Origin: Actinomycetota bacterium
GTDB lineage: Bacteria > Actinomycetota > Acidimicrobiia > Acidimicrobiales > VFJN01
NCBI GenBank assembly: GCA_049325515.1
Contig: JBMOLI010000011.1
Coordinates: 89,022-153,021 of the forward strand
Length of the DNA: 64,000 nucleotides
Direction of reading: 5' to 3'
Of this stretch, positions 1 to 11,800 are shown piece by piece. The translations under genes and the position numbers were made by a program. Every line of letters starts with the position of its first letter. The first letter of the stretch is position 1. A model generated the notes under the pieces. That model worked only from the letters and a program-made list of their open reading frames with translations. It did no database searches and had not been told where the DNA came from.

Positions 1-673
1 CGACGACGGGATCCTCACCTACCTGGACACGGGCCGCATCGCCGAGGAGGAAGGCGTCGCCGCCATGGCGCTGCACGCCCGCACCGCCGAGCAGCTCTAC
101 AGCGGCCAAGCTCGCTGGGATGCGATCGCCGCCCTCAAGGAGCACGTTCGCACCATCCCTGTGCTCGGGAACGGAGACATCTGGGAAGCCCACGACGCCA
201 TCGAGATGATGGAGCGCACGGGCTGCGACGGCGTGGTCGTCGGGCGCGGTTGCCTGGGCCGCCCGTGGCTGTTCCGCGACCTTGCAGACGCCTTCGCAGG
301 TCGCCCGGTGCAGCCACCGCCGCTGCTCGGCGAGGTGTGCACCGTGATGCGAGACCACGCCGAGCGGCTCGTCGAGTGGAGCGGAGAACGCGGCGGCATG
401 CGTTCGTTCCGCAAGCACGCCAGCTGGTACCTGACGGGCTACCCGGCCGGCAGCCGCCTGCGTCAGAATGCAGCGCTCGTGGCCACCCTCGCCGATCTCG
501 ACGCGGTGATCGACCAGCTCGACCCCACGGCCGAGATCAAGGAGAACGCCCTGCGCGCCGCGCGCGGTCACACCAACGGCCCCCGCCCCGTCCACCTACC
601 CGAGGGTTGGCTCGAGCTCGCAGAAGACCCCACACCCCCCGAAGGCGCCGAGGACCCCGGCAGCGGCGGCTGA
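1..673 (+). CDS. dus: tRNA-dihydrouridine synthase, C-terminal part (5' end outside window)
   Basis: ORF 65..673 stays open in the same frame back to the window edge (DDGILTYLDTGRIAEEEGVAAMALHARTAEQLYSG). The GCDGVVVGRGCLGRPWLF segment and the helical tail fit the Dus family. Confidence 0.85.
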   Translation, partial: DDGILTYLDTGRIAEEEGVAAMALHARTAEQLYSGQARWDAIAALKEHVRTIPVLGNGDIWEAHDAIEMMERTGCDGVVVGRGCLGRPWLFRDLADAFAGRPVQPPPLLGEVCTVMRDHAERLVEWSGERGGMRSFRKHASWYLTGYPAGSRLRQNAALVATLADLDAVIDQLDPTAEIKENALRAARGHTNGPRPVHLPEGWLELAEDPTPPEGAEDPGSGG

Positions 674-773
674 CCCGAGGCGATAGGTCCCGTCGGCGCC
701 GGCCTGAGGCGATGAGTCCCGCATGTGGGAGTCATCGCCTCACCCTGCTCGGATCGGGACCTATTGCCTCGGG
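674..773. repeat. Nested four-arm inverted repeat (about 100 nt) directly after the dus stop codon
   Basis: Outer arms are CCCGAGGCGATAGGTCCCG (674-692) and CGGGACCTATTGCCTCGGG (755-773), with 1 mismatch. Inner arms are TGAGGCGATGAGTCCC (705-720) and GGGAGTCATCGCCTCA (727-742), with 1 mismatch and loop GCATGT. All four arms are versions of one ~16-nt unit. Confidence 0.8.
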
Positions 774-820
774 CACACGGCATCGGGGGGACCGGCGGCC
801 GTGGCTGTCGCTTGGGTTTG

Positions 821-900
821 GCGGGGGGCGTGGGGGGCCGAGGCTCCCGCCGGAGCCCCCCACTAGCGCAGGGGCGGCTCCGCCGACCCCGGAGCACAAG
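821..900. repeat. GC-rich structured intergenic element, copy A (second copy at 15591-15669)
   Basis: 80 nt aligning to 15591-15669 with about 5 mismatches and 2 single-base indels, in the same orientation. It contains GGCTCC/GGAGCC and GCTCCG/CGGAGC stem pairs. Flanking sequence is unrelated between the copies. Confidence 0.8.
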
Positions 901-911
901 CCCTGAACAGC

Positions 912-937
912 GAGGGCCGCCCCGAAGGGCGGCCCTC
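912..937. terminator. Bidirectional hairpin between convergent dus and groEL
   Basis: GAGGGCCGCCC (912-922), loop CGAA, GGGCGGCCCTC (927-937): a perfect 11-bp GC-rich stem 44 nt downstream of the groEL stop. There is no clear U-tract, so function is inferred. Confidence 0.55.
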
Positions 938-980
938 ACACAACCAGTTCGCTGAGGAAGCTCCTCTTCCGAAGCGAGAG

Positions 981-2636
<1,656 letters not shown>

Positions 2637-2927
2637 CTACTTGACGATCGCGAGGACGTCGCGACCGTTGAGGATGAGGACGTCCTGCCCACCATCGCTG
2701 ATCTCGGTGCCGCCGTACTTGCTGTAGACGACGGTGTCGCCCACCTTGACGTCGAGCGGGATGATCTCGCCGGTCTGCTCTGAGCGACGGCCGGGGCCTA
2801 CGGCGAGGACCTCACCCTGCTGGGGCTTCTCCTTGGCGGTGTCGGGGATGACCAGGCCGCTGACGGTGGTCTCCTCGGCCTCGCCCGGCTTGACGATGAT
2901 CCGGTCTTCGAGGGGCTGCAGTGACAT
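2637..2927 (-). CDS. groES: Co-chaperonin GroES (10 kDa)
   Basis: 96 aa ([46 protein letters not shown]...) forming the C-terminal part of track ORF 2637..3812. ATG at 2925-2927. Confidence 0.95.
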   Translation of the reverse strand: MSLQPLEDRIIVKPGEAEETTVSGLVIPDTAKEKPQQGEVLAVGPGRRSEQTGEIIPLDVKVGDTVVYSKYGGTEISDGGQDVLILNGRDVLAIVK

Positions 2928-2959
2928 GTCTTGGCGCCTCCGTGACGCTTGCGATGCGG

Positions 2960-2986
2960 TTAGCACTCGGTACGTGCGAGTGCTAA
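2960..2986 (-). promoter_or_regulatory. CIRCE (HrcA operator), perfect consensus
   Basis: TTAGCACTC-N9-GAGTGCTAA read directly, about 30 nt upstream of the groES ATG. Confidence 0.9.
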
Positions 2987-3002
2987 CCCTACGCCCAGAC
3001 CG

Positions 3003-3028
3003 CCAGCACTCGCAACCGCCGAGTGCCA
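3003..3028 (-). promoter_or_regulatory. Second, degenerate CIRCE-like inverted repeat
   Basis: AGCACTC (3005-3011) - N9 - GAGTGC (3021-3026). The core arms are conserved and the outer TT/TAA are lost. It sits 17 nt upstream of the first CIRCE. Confidence 0.55.
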
Positions 3029-3033
3029 GCCGG

Positions 3034-4071
3034 CTACAGGCCCAGGTTGGGGAAGGCGCCAGTGTCGAGGGGGGAGGCGCCGTCGGAGCGCCAGCGGTAC
3101 CAGGCGGCGCTGGCCACCATGGCGGCGTTGTCGGTGCACATGGCCCGGCTCGGCAGGAACCCGCGGACGCCGTCCTCCACGCAGGCGTCGAGGAAGCGCT
3201 CGCGGAGCCGCGAGTTGGCCGCCACTCCCCCGCCCAGGCACAGGCCCTTGGCTCCCACCTCCCGCGCGGCGGCGCGGGCCTTCGTGACGAGGACGTCCAC
3301 CACGGCCTCCTGGAAGGAGGCGGCCACATCTGCGGTCGATACCTCGGGGTGCTTGCGGACGTGGTTGACCACCGCCGTCTTGAGACCGCTGAACGAGACG
3401 TCGTAGGTGCCGTCGCCGGCCATCGGCCGCGGGAACTTGATGGCCTCGGGGTTGCCTTCGAGGGAGAGCTTGTCGATGGCCGGCCCGCCCGGGTAGCCGA
3501 GACCCAGGTAGCGAGCGACCTTGTCGAAGGCCTCCCCGGCGGCATCGTCGATCGTGGAGCCCAGCACCTTGTACTGGCCGTGGTCCTCCATGTGCACGAT
3601 GAGGGTGTGGCCGCCTGACACGAGAAGCACCACGAGGGGCAGCTCCAGCTCGGGGTCGTCGAGCATGGTCGCGTAGAGGTGAGCCTCCAGGTGGTTGACG
3701 GCGATGAACGGCACGTCCCAAGCCAGAGCGAGCGCCTTCGCAGCCGATACGCCAACCAGCAGCGCACCGACCAACCCTGGACCGTAGGTCGCGGCGACCG
3801 CGTCGATCTCACAGCCTGCGCCGTTGGTGGGGCGGTCCGAGAGCCCCGCCTCCACGAACGCCTGGGCCACGACCGGCACGATCAGGTCGACGTGAGCTCG
3901 ACTGGCGATCTCGGGCACCACTCCGCCGTAGCGCGCATGCAGATCCACTTGGCTGCTCACCACTGATGAGAGCACCGAGGTGCCCGCCTGGACGATGGCG
4001 GCCGCTGTCTCGTCGCAGGACGTCTCTATACCGAGGATGCGCCCCCGTCCGACGTCGTGCATGGCTGTCAT
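3034..4071 (-). CDS. tsaD: tRNA N6-adenosine threonylcarbamoyltransferase TsaD (Kae1/Gcp family)
   Basis: 345 aa from ATG 4069-4071, preceded by GGAGGG. Contains [16 protein letters not shown] and GGHTLIV. The 46 upstream codons of track ORF 3034..4209 look like an artefactual extension. Confidence 0.92.
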   Translation of the reverse strand: MTAMHDVGRGRILGIETSCDETAAAIVQAGTSVLSSVVSSQVDLHARYGGVVPEIASRAHVDLIVPVVAQAFVEAGLSDRPTNGAGCEIDAVAATYGPGLVGALLVGVSAAKALALAWDVPFIAVNHLEAHLYATMLDDPELELPLVVLLVSGGHTLIVHMEDHGQYKVLGSTIDDAAGEAFDKVARYLGLGYPGGPAIDKLSLEGNPEAIKFPRPMAGDGTYDVSFSGLKTAVVNHVRKHPEVSTADVAASFQEAVVDVLVTKARAAAREVGAKGLCLGGGVAANSRLRERFLDACVEDGVRGFLPSRAMCTDNAAMVASAAWYRWRSDGASPLDTGAFPNLGL

Positions 4072-4120
4072 CGAGCCGCCCTCCGTGCCACGTTCGGATC
4101 GCGCTGGCGCGCAGTCTCGC

Positions 4121-4693
4121 TCACCGCCCGAGATCCTCCACCGTGGTGCGGCCAGGAAGCGAAGCCGCCAGTGCGTCGAGGCGGCTCGCGTACTCGGGCG
4201 TGTCGACATCGTTCGCCCACATGACCAGCGCGTCCTCGTTGCTCTCGACGTAGTAGCCCTTGCGCACGCCGGCGGGGGCGAAGCCGAAGCTTCGGTAGAG
4301 CGCCTGCGCTGCGTCGTTTCCCACGCGCACCTCCAGCGTGAGGTTCTTGGCGCCCCGAGCGATGCCGGCCTGCGCCAAGGTGTGCAACAGCCTGGTGCCG
4401 ATCCGGTGACGATGCCAGCGCGGGTCGACGGCCAGCGTGGTGATGTGACCGTCGTCGAGCACGAGCATCAGTCCTCCGTAGCCGACCACCGTCGGCCCGA
4501 TCCGAGCGGTGATGTAGACGCGGCTGCTTCCATAGCCGAGCTCGCTCATGAACAGGCCAAGCGACCAGGGCCGCGGGTACACCTGCTGCTCGATGCGCAG
4601 CACTCCACGCAGATGGCGCCGCCGCATGCGTCCGACGACCACGTCGAGGTCGGCCGGGTCGGTTCGCGGGACGGTACCGGTGTGCGCCATCAA
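4121..4693 (-). CDS. rimI: Ribosomal-protein-alanine N-acetyltransferase (GNAT)
   Basis: 190-aa GNAT (ITTLAVDPRWHRHRIGTRLL) in the conserved tsaB-rimI-tsaD position. ATGA overlap with the tsaB stop. Confidence 0.85.
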   Translation of the reverse strand: MMAHTGTVPRTDPADLDVVVGRMRRRHLRGVLRIEQQVYPRPWSLGLFMSELGYGSSRVYITARIGPTVVGYGGLMLVLDDGHITTLAVDPRWHRHRIGTRLLHTLAQAGIARGAKNLTLEVRVGNDAAQALYRSFGFAPAGVRKGYYVESNEDALVMWANDVDTPEYASRLDALAASLPGRTTVEDLGR

Positions 4694-5391
4694 GCCACCG
4701 AGCCCCGTGTCTTCCAGTTGATCTCAGCGTCTGGCTTGCGCAGGTAGATCGGAGTGAGCTCCGACGGGCTGACGAAGTCCTCCCGCAGAGCACGCGCGTG
4801 CGCCAGCTGCACGAGCGACGCAGCCTGCGGGTAGGCGGTGCCAGGGTCGGCCAGCTCGACTCGAGTGCCGCCCTCGAGCGCATCGCGGTAGCGCAGGGCG
4901 CCGTCGCCGACGAGCAGCAGCTCCTCGTTCGTGGCCAGCAGATCGGAAGCGAGATCGTCGGGCGTGGCCACCTCCGGCTCGGTGAGCCGCTGAACCCCCC
5001 CGGGTGACTGCCGGTAGCTGGCGTGGAAGATCTCGCCTCGGCCCGCGTCGATGGCGCAGACGATCCGCCGGTTCGAGTGGCGCAACGGAAAGGCGAGCAG
5101 GTCGAGGCTGGCCACACCGATCATCGGCAGCCGTCGAGCGTGAGCGAGCGCCTTGCCCGAAGCGATGCCGACGCGCAGCCCCGTGAACATGCCCGGCCCG
5201 AGGTCGACGGCGACCGCTCCGATGTCGGTGAGCTGGACCCGGGTCTGACGGCAGAGGAACTCAATTGCGGGCGTGAGCGTCTCGGCATGGCGCCGGCCGC
5301 GCGTCGAGTGGATCGCCCCGAGGATCCCCTCGTGGCCGCCGATGGCGCACCCGACCTGGGCGGTGGAGGTGGAGATGCCGAGGATCAGCAT
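4690..5391 (-). CDS. tsaB: tRNA threonylcarbamoyladenosine biosynthesis protein TsaB (YeaZ)
   Basis: MLILGISTSTAQVGCAIG...DLGPGMFTGLRVG. Start placed at ATG 5389-5391, which shares one base with the tsaE stop (TGATG). Alternative ATG at 5406. Confidence 0.85.
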   Translation of the reverse strand: MLILGISTSTAQVGCAIGGHEGILGAIHSTRGRRHAETLTPAIEFLCRQTRVQLTDIGAVAVDLGPGMFTGLRVGIASGKALAHARRLPMIGVASLDLLAFPLRHSNRRIVCAIDAGRGEIFHASYRQSPGGVQRLTEPEVATPDDLASDLLATNEELLLVGDGALRYRDALEGGTRVELADPGTAYPQAASLVQLAHARALREDFVSPSELTPIYLRKPDAEINWKTRGSVA

Positions 5392-5879
5392 CAGGCCGCC
5401 GTCCATGGGGCCATGGCCGCCGCCAGCTGCTCGGCACGCCCCGACCACCGCGGCCCGACCGTGCGCACCGCCAGGTCGCGGTCATCGTCGTCAGAGCCGA
5501 ACGTGAGCCGCACCTCCAGGTAGTCGTGTGGCAGCACAGGGGTGATGGCGTCGCCCCACTCGATGAGCACGACACCCCCCTCGTCGAGCATCTCGGCGAG
5601 ACCCAGGTCGAGTGCCTCGCTCAGCTGGTCGAGGCGGTAGACGTCCAGGTGGTGCATCGGGAGGCGGCCGCCGTCGTACACGTGCACGAGCGTGAAGGTC
5701 GGGCTCGTGATGCGCTCCGAGACGCCCAGCCCGCGGCCGAAGCCCTGCACGAAGGCCGTCTTGCCCGCTCCGAGATCGCCGGCCAGGACCACGACGTCGC
5801 CCGGGCGTGCGAGGGCCGACACGGCACACGCGAGGTCACGGGTCGCGTCGACTCCGGCGGTCTGGGCGAGCAGTCGCAC
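5391..5879 (-). CDS. tsaE: tRNA t6A ATPase TsaE (YjeE)
   Basis: 162 aa with P-loop GDLGAGKT, SPTFTL and HLDVYRL motifs. GTG start at 5877-5879. Confidence 0.9.
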   Translation of the reverse strand: MRLLAQTAGVDATRDLACAVSALARPGDVVVLAGDLGAGKTAFVQGFGRGLGVSERITSPTFTLVHVYDGGRLPMHHLDVYRLDQLSEALDLGLAEMLDEGGVVLIEWGDAITPVLPHDYLEVRLTFGSDDDDRDLAVRTVGPRWSGRAEQLAAAMAPWTAA

Positions 5880-5888
5880 GCTGCGAGC

Positions 5889-7001
5889 CTACGAGAGGTA
5901 GCGGCGCTCGACCCGGGCTCCGATGGCGCACACGACCTCGTAGGAGATCGTGCCCAGCCGCTGCGCCCACTCGTCAGGGGAGATGCGCTCGTCACCCTGC
6001 GCGCCGAGCAGCACGGCTTCGTCGCCTTGCCGGACCTCACCGTCCGGACCGACGTCCACCATCAGCTGGTCCATGGTGACCACACCGATCATCGGATGCC
6101 TTCGGCCCCCGATCAGCACCTCCTGCCGCTCGAGTCCGAGCCTCCGCAGGACTCCGTCTGCGTAGCCGATCGGGAGCGTGGCGATCCGGGTGTCACGGTC
6201 GGTGCGATGGTGCAGGCCGTAGGAGACTCCCTCGCCGGCACGGACCCGCTTCACGAACGACACCTCAGTGGCGAGCCGTACGGCCGGCCTCAGCGAGATC
6301 GCACCGGCAAGCCCCGGGGCCGGCGGAATGCCGTAGACGGCGATGCCGCAGCGGACCATGTCGTAGTGGCTGGCGGGGTGGGTGATGGCGGCTGCTGAGT
6401 TCGCCGCATGGCGCATCGGGACCGAGAGGCCAGCTCGCTCGAGCTCTGCAAGCACGTCCTCGTAGCGCTCCAGCTGCCTGGCCGTGAAGGGGTTGTCGGG
6501 CTCGTCGGCCACCGCGCAGTGCGTCCAGACCGCGGCGAGCGAGAGTGCCGGATCGGAGTCGATGGCCTTGGCGAGATCGAGCGCGCTTGACGGTTCCACG
6601 CCGACGCGCCGCATCCCGGTGTCGACCTTGAGGTGCACTGGCCAAGCACGCTCGCCGCGCTTGGCTACGGCGCGGGAGAGGGCGGCGACGAGCTCGGGGG
6701 TGTAGGCGGTGATGGCGAGGCGCGCGTCGAGCGCGTCGCTCACCTGGTTGGGGCGTGGCTCAGAGAGCAGGAGGATGGGCGCTTCGATGCCGAACTGGCG
6801 CAGCGCGGCAGCCTCCGGCACCTGCGCCACGGCTAGCCAGGAGGCTCCGGCGTCGAGTGCGGCTTGCGCGACTGGAACCGCGCCGTGCCCATACCCATCC
6901 GCCTTGACCACCGCGCAGACCGCGGCCGGCGCCACGAGGCGACGAAGCTCGGCGACGTTGGCGCGCACGGCGTCGAGTGAGACCTCCGCCCAGGCGCGCA
7001 T
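5889..7001 (-). CDS. alr: Alanine racemase
   Basis: 370 aa from ATG 6999-7001 (MRAWAEVSLDAVRANV), with PLP-lysine motif VVKADGYGHG. The upstream 59 codons of the track ORF were rejected. Confidence 0.92.
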   Translation of the reverse strand: MRAWAEVSLDAVRANVAELRRLVAPAAVCAVVKADGYGHGAVPVAQAALDAGASWLAVAQVPEAAALRQFGIEAPILLLSEPRPNQVSDALDARLAITAYTPELVAALSRAVAKRGERAWPVHLKVDTGMRRVGVEPSSALDLAKAIDSDPALSLAAVWTHCAVADEPDNPFTARQLERYEDVLAELERAGLSVPMRHAANSAAAITHPASHYDMVRCGIAVYGIPPAPGLAGAISLRPAVRLATEVSFVKRVRAGEGVSYGLHHRTDRDTRIATLPIGYADGVLRRLGLERQEVLIGGRRHPMIGVVTMDQLMVDVGPDGEVRQGDEAVLLGAQGDERISPDEWAQRLGTISYEVVCAIGARVERRYLS

Positions 7002-7056
7002 CAGCGGCGGCCTCCCCAGCCGCGGCGATGGCCACGACGGCTCGACGATGCCGACG

Positions 7057-8406
7057 TCATGACTCGACCTCGGCCAGCGCCTCGGGCAGCAGATCGACGA
7101 GGTCACTGGCGATGAGGCCACGCGCCCAGCCCAGATGCGCGGCGCGGCCGTGCAGCCAGGCACCAGCAGACGCTGCATCGAACGCCGGAACCCCTTGGGC
7201 GAGGAGCGCGCCGATGACGCCGCTCAGCACGTCGCCCGTGCCCGCGGTTGCCAATCGAGGGTCACCGCAGGTGACGATGCGCACCCGGCCGCGGGGGTCA
7301 GCGATCACCGTGGTGCTGCCCTTCAGGAGCGCGACCGACCCGCTGAGCTCGGCCAGGTGGCGAGCCGCCGCGAGCCGGTCCGCTCCGGGCGGTTCGCCCA
7401 CGAGGCGCGCGTACTCGCCGTCGTGTGGGGTGAGCACCGCATCGCCGGGGCGGCGGCGCAGGTTGGGCGACGCGTGGCCGGCCAGAGCCACGAGCGCATC
7501 CGCGTCGACGACGCTCGGCATGTCGAGGCTTGCCAGCAGCTCCCGCACGCTCACCAGCGTCTCGTCGCGCCGCCCCAGACCCGGGCCGACGACGGCAGCG
7601 CCGACCCGATCGATGTCGGTCAGCGCTGCGTGCCACCCCCCGACACCCAGGGCGATTCCCACCGCCTCGGTTGGCTGCCCGGGGTCGTCGACGACACCGG
7701 GCATCGCTAGCCGCACCATCCCCGCACCCGCTCGCTGGGCCGCGGCCGCGGCGAGGTGTGCCGCCCCTCGCATCCGCGGACCGCCGGCAACCACGAGCAC
7801 GGCCGCGTCCCACTTGTGCGCTTCGGTGCGACGGCGCGGCAACCAGCTCGCCACGTCCGATGCCTCGACCAGGCAGGCGTCTGACTGGACAGCCAGACCT
7901 ATGTCTGCGACCACGACCTCTCCCGCGAGGTCGCGTCCCGGTCCGATGAGCAGACCGGGCTTGAGCGCCGCGAAGGTCACCGTGCGGTCAGCGCGCAGCG
8001 CCCGCCCGCCGACCTCGCCCGTGAGCCCCGACACGCCGCTCGGGATGTCGACGGCGAGGACGGGCGCGCCGCCAGCGTCGGGTGCGTCGATCTCTCCGTG
8101 GAAGCCGGTGCCGTAGGCGGCATCGATGACGAGATCGCACCCGGGGAGGCGCGAGGGTGAGTCCAGAGCGTCGACGATCTCGACCCTCGCTCCGCGCCGA
8201 CGGAGCCGCTCGGCCGCGCAGCGCCCGTCTGCCCCGTTGTTGCCCTTGCCCGCCAGCACCACGACCCGGCGGCCGTAGCCCCCGCCGAGCATCAGCAGCG
8301 CCTCGCGGGCGACGGCCGCCCCGGCCCGCCCGATGAGAACCTCGACGGGCTCGGTAGCGGCAGCGTCCGCGGCTGCCATCTCGCTGGGCGTGAGCACAGG
8401 GATCAT
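7057..8406 (-). CDS. nnr: Bifunctional NAD(P)H-hydrate repair enzyme (epimerase + ADP-dependent dehydratase)
   Basis: 449 aa from ATG 8404-8406 (MIPVLTPSEM). N-terminal YjeF_N motif AGKGNNGADG and C-terminal GTGDVLSG kinase-like motif. Confidence 0.88.
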   Translation of the reverse strand: MIPVLTPSEMAAADAAATEPVEVLIGRAGAAVAREALLMLGGGYGRRVVVLAGKGNNGADGRCAAERLRRRGARVEIVDALDSPSRLPGCDLVIDAAYGTGFHGEIDAPDAGGAPVLAVDIPSGVSGLTGEVGGRALRADRTVTFAALKPGLLIGPGRDLAGEVVVADIGLAVQSDACLVEASDVASWLPRRRTEAHKWDAAVLVVAGGPRMRGAAHLAAAAAQRAGAGMVRLAMPGVVDDPGQPTEAVGIALGVGGWHAALTDIDRVGAAVVGPGLGRRDETLVSVRELLASLDMPSVVDADALVALAGHASPNLRRRPGDAVLTPHDGEYARLVGEPPGADRLAAARHLAELSGSVALLKGSTTVIADPRGRVRIVTCGDPRLATAGTGDVLSGVIGALLAQGVPAFDAASAGAWLHGRAAHLGWARGLIASDLVDLLPEALAEVES

Positions 8407-8454
8407 GCACAGATCAGCGTACGACCGGGCGCCCTTGCCCAACCGCCGTCGCGG

Positions 8455-8820
8455 CTACAGTGCAACCGCGATGGCTTCTGCCACTCGGTGGGTGTGGGTC
8501 AGCGTGAGCCGCCATGACGAGATGTGCCGCTCCTCGGCGAGGGCTAGTGCGCCGCCGTGCAACCGGACCGACGGCGCGCCGCTGCGCGCCTTCACGACCT
8601 CTATCTCGCGCCACTTGCACGCGCCCATCCCGACGCCCATGGCCTTCATCACCGCCTCCTTGGCGGCGAAGCGGGCCGCGTAGCGCTCTGTCGGGTCGCG
8701 GCGCCTGTCGCAGTACGCCTGCTCCCCCTCCGTGAACACGCGTGCCCTCAGCGACGGGGTGCGGGCCAGAGCGGCACGCATGCGGTCGACCTCGCAGAGG
8801 TCGACGCCGATCCCGATCAC
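8455..8820 (-). CDS. acpS: Holo-[acyl-carrier-protein] synthase
   Basis: 121 aa, IGIGVDLCEV...FAAKEAVMKA. GTG start forms a GTGA overlap with the stop of the upstream gene. Confidence 0.9.
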   Translation of the reverse strand: MIGIGVDLCEVDRMRAALARTPSLRARVFTEGEQAYCDRRRDPTERYAARFAAKEAVMKAMGVGMGACKWREIEVVKARSGAPSVRLHGGALALAEERHISSWRLTLTHTHRVAEAIAVAL

Positions 8821-11800
8821 GCGGGACGGACCCGCCAGCGATCAGCCAGCTCGCGGATGGGCTCGACCAGGAGATCGGCGGCCGTTACCTCCGCCAGGAG
8901 GTCCTCGCGGAACGTCTGCTCTGTCTCGAGAACCGCGTCGCGAAGCGCGGACCAGCGGTTGCGGTAGCCCTGGAGGGCGCCGCGGGCCGTGGCGGCCGAC
9001 AGCCGATCGTGGAACCGGACGTGCAGGAGCGTGATGCCCACCGCGCGATCGTCCTTCGTCTCGGGGACGATGACGATCGTGCGTCCGTCCTCGCGCCCGC
9101 GCGTGACGAAGACCTGCCGCTCGACAGCGACCGTGTGCTTGGTGCCTCGCAGCATGCCCGTGCGCTCGGTGCGAGACGGTATGTCGAGCGCGATCCCGCC
9201 TCTGGCGACGACCGAGACGGGAACCTCACCGTCCTCGGCATCACCGTCGATCGCGTAGCGGATCCAGCCGGTGACCTCGGCGACGGCCGGATCGAGATCG
9301 GCCAGCGTGCGCAGCGTCTTGTAGGACAGGCCGTCGCGGTTGGCACCAGCCGCGAGGACGGCTTGGACGAGGGCGGGCTGGAGGAGCGTCTCGTCGCTGC
9401 GGGATATGCCCACGGTGACAGTCTTCGCCTGGTGCTTGATCGCGTCCACCGGGCGCGTGAGCTCCTCGATCCCCTGTGTGAGGGCCGTGGTGAGGTCGTC
9501 GACCACGACGGCCGGGGTGCCGATCCGGCCCAGCTCGGCCTGGTAGGCGTCGAGGGGAGCGATGCCCAGCGCGTAGCGGAAGGAGGAAGCGAGCCGAACC
9601 GCTGTGCTGGCCTCCAGGTTCCCGTCGTAGGCACCGCTGCGCAGGCCGTCGAAGAAGCGGGAGGCGGTCGCCGTCATCGTCGGCCGTAGCTTGCGGAGGA
9701 GGCCGTCGCCGTCCGTGGTGGCCGACTCGCCTACTGCCTCCTCGATGGCAGCACGCGCTTCGCGCAGAGGTCTCGCCTGAGCGTCGATGGCCAGCGCTGC
9801 TTCGTAGCCGAAGAGGTGGCCCGCCACCGTTGTGAGCACGAATGCCAAGCGAGGGTGGGTCTGCGGAACGGTGATCACCTGGAGCGCGGCGGCGAAGCGC
9901 GCCTGGCCATCTGTGGCGATCACGATGGGTGATGCCTTGTGGGCCCTGTAGATCGCCACCTCCTTGGCGACATCGTCAGCAGTGGAGCCTTCGAGCCCCG
10001 TGGCGCACACGAGGATCAGGGGTTCGCACGACAGGTCGATGTGCTTCTTGTCCTCGGTCGCGTCACAGGCGATCGAGCGGTAGCAGAGCTCGCTCAGCTT
10101 GATCCGCAGCTCCTCCGCAGCCACGCGGTTGGGGCCGTTGCCGACGATCGCCCAGTAGCGCTTGGCCGGCGCCAGCTGCTGCGCCGCGGCCGCGATCTCA
10201 GCGCGGCGCGTGAGGGTCTCCTCCATCGCTGTGGGCAGCCGCCGCAGCGCCTCGACCACCTCCGGATCGACCGAGCCCCCCACCTCGGACGCGATGGCCC
10301 AAGCGAGGAGGAAGCCCGCCGCGATCTGCGCGTAGAACGCCTTCGTCGAAGCCACGCTCATCTCGACGTCGCGGCCGTCGGCTGTGTAGAGCACGCCGTC
10401 GGCCTTGTCGGTGAGATCCGATTGCCGCCTGTTCACGACGGCGATGACAGCCGCGCCACGCGACCGGGCGAGATCGACCGTGCGATTCGTGTCGGTGGTG
10501 GTTCCGGACTGGCTTATGGCGATGACGAGCGTGTCGGACATGTCCGGGCGCAGCCCGAACCCCGACAGCTCGGTGGCGGGCAGGGCCTCGACGCGAAGAC
10601 GCCCGTCTGGGGCCGCTTCGATCAGTGCGGACACGAGGCTCTGACCTGCGATGTGAGCGGTGCCCTGGCCGATGACCTGCACGCGATCGATGGCACCGCT
10701 GGCGAGCCTCTGGCGCACGTCGTCCGGCAGGACGTCGGGGCCGAGGACGACCTCCGGACCGCTCCCGCGATCGACGATCTTGCCCCGGAGCGTCTTGCGG
10801 AAGCTGACCGGCGCCTCCGAGATCTCCTTCAGCAAGAAGTGCGGGTACTCGCCGCGGTCGATGTCGCGCGTCGTCACCTCCGCGCGCTGCAGCTCGTCCT
10901 TCGCGATGGGGAGCACGGTTCCGTCGTAGGCCTGCCGGTGGACGCCGTCGAGGCTGCCGGCCTTGGAGCCGTCGAGCACGATGATCTGCCCGCGGCTCGC
11001 GTTGGGGTTGGCGGGGTCGGCGGGTGTCTCCCCATCCATCCGCAGGTATGAGTCGGTGAGCTCGACGAGCCCGTAGGGCTCGGATGCGACGACGAAGCAG
11101 CCCTCGGCCAGCCCCACGTAGAGGGCCTGACCGCTGCCACGAAGGGCGAGCACCAGATGACCGGGGCTAGATGCTGCGCTGGCACCGATGGCGACCGAGC
11201 CCTCGAAGCCGGCCACCGTGTTCCGGAAGGCCGTGGCCAGGTCCGCACCGTCGGCGAGCCGGCGGGAGATGAGCGTCGGGATGACCTTCGCATCGGTGGT
11301 GATCTCGGCAGCGACCCGGAGCCCGTCGGCGGCCTTCAGGTCCGCGAAGTTGTCGACGTCGCCGTTCAGTGCGGCGGTCACGTAGGGCCCGTCAGGACGG
11401 TCGATCTCGAGGCTGTCGACGGGGTGCGCGTTGGGCTGGGAGATGATCCCGATGCTCGCCCAACGGGTGTGACCGAGGACGACCGCCGCCGCTCGCTCTC
11501 CTTGCAGGGCGAGCCGCAGGAGGTCATCCGCAACGATGTCTGCCCGCATCGCAGCCGTGTTGTCGCCCAGCTCGCCGATCTCGGCGGCGGCCTTGTAGAC
11601 GAAGCTGAGATGGCCCTCGGGTGTCCGCACTGCGCGACTGCGGAAGAGCGGGTCGTCGGCTCGACCTCCGAGCAACCTCGCGACCGCAGGGTCGTCGAGA
11701 TCGAGCCCGTGATCTCTTAGGAGGATGGTGAGCCCAGCGGAGTCACGCCCCCGCACCTCGAGGCGGTCGATCGCGGCGAGCGCCTGCTGTATCGACGTGC

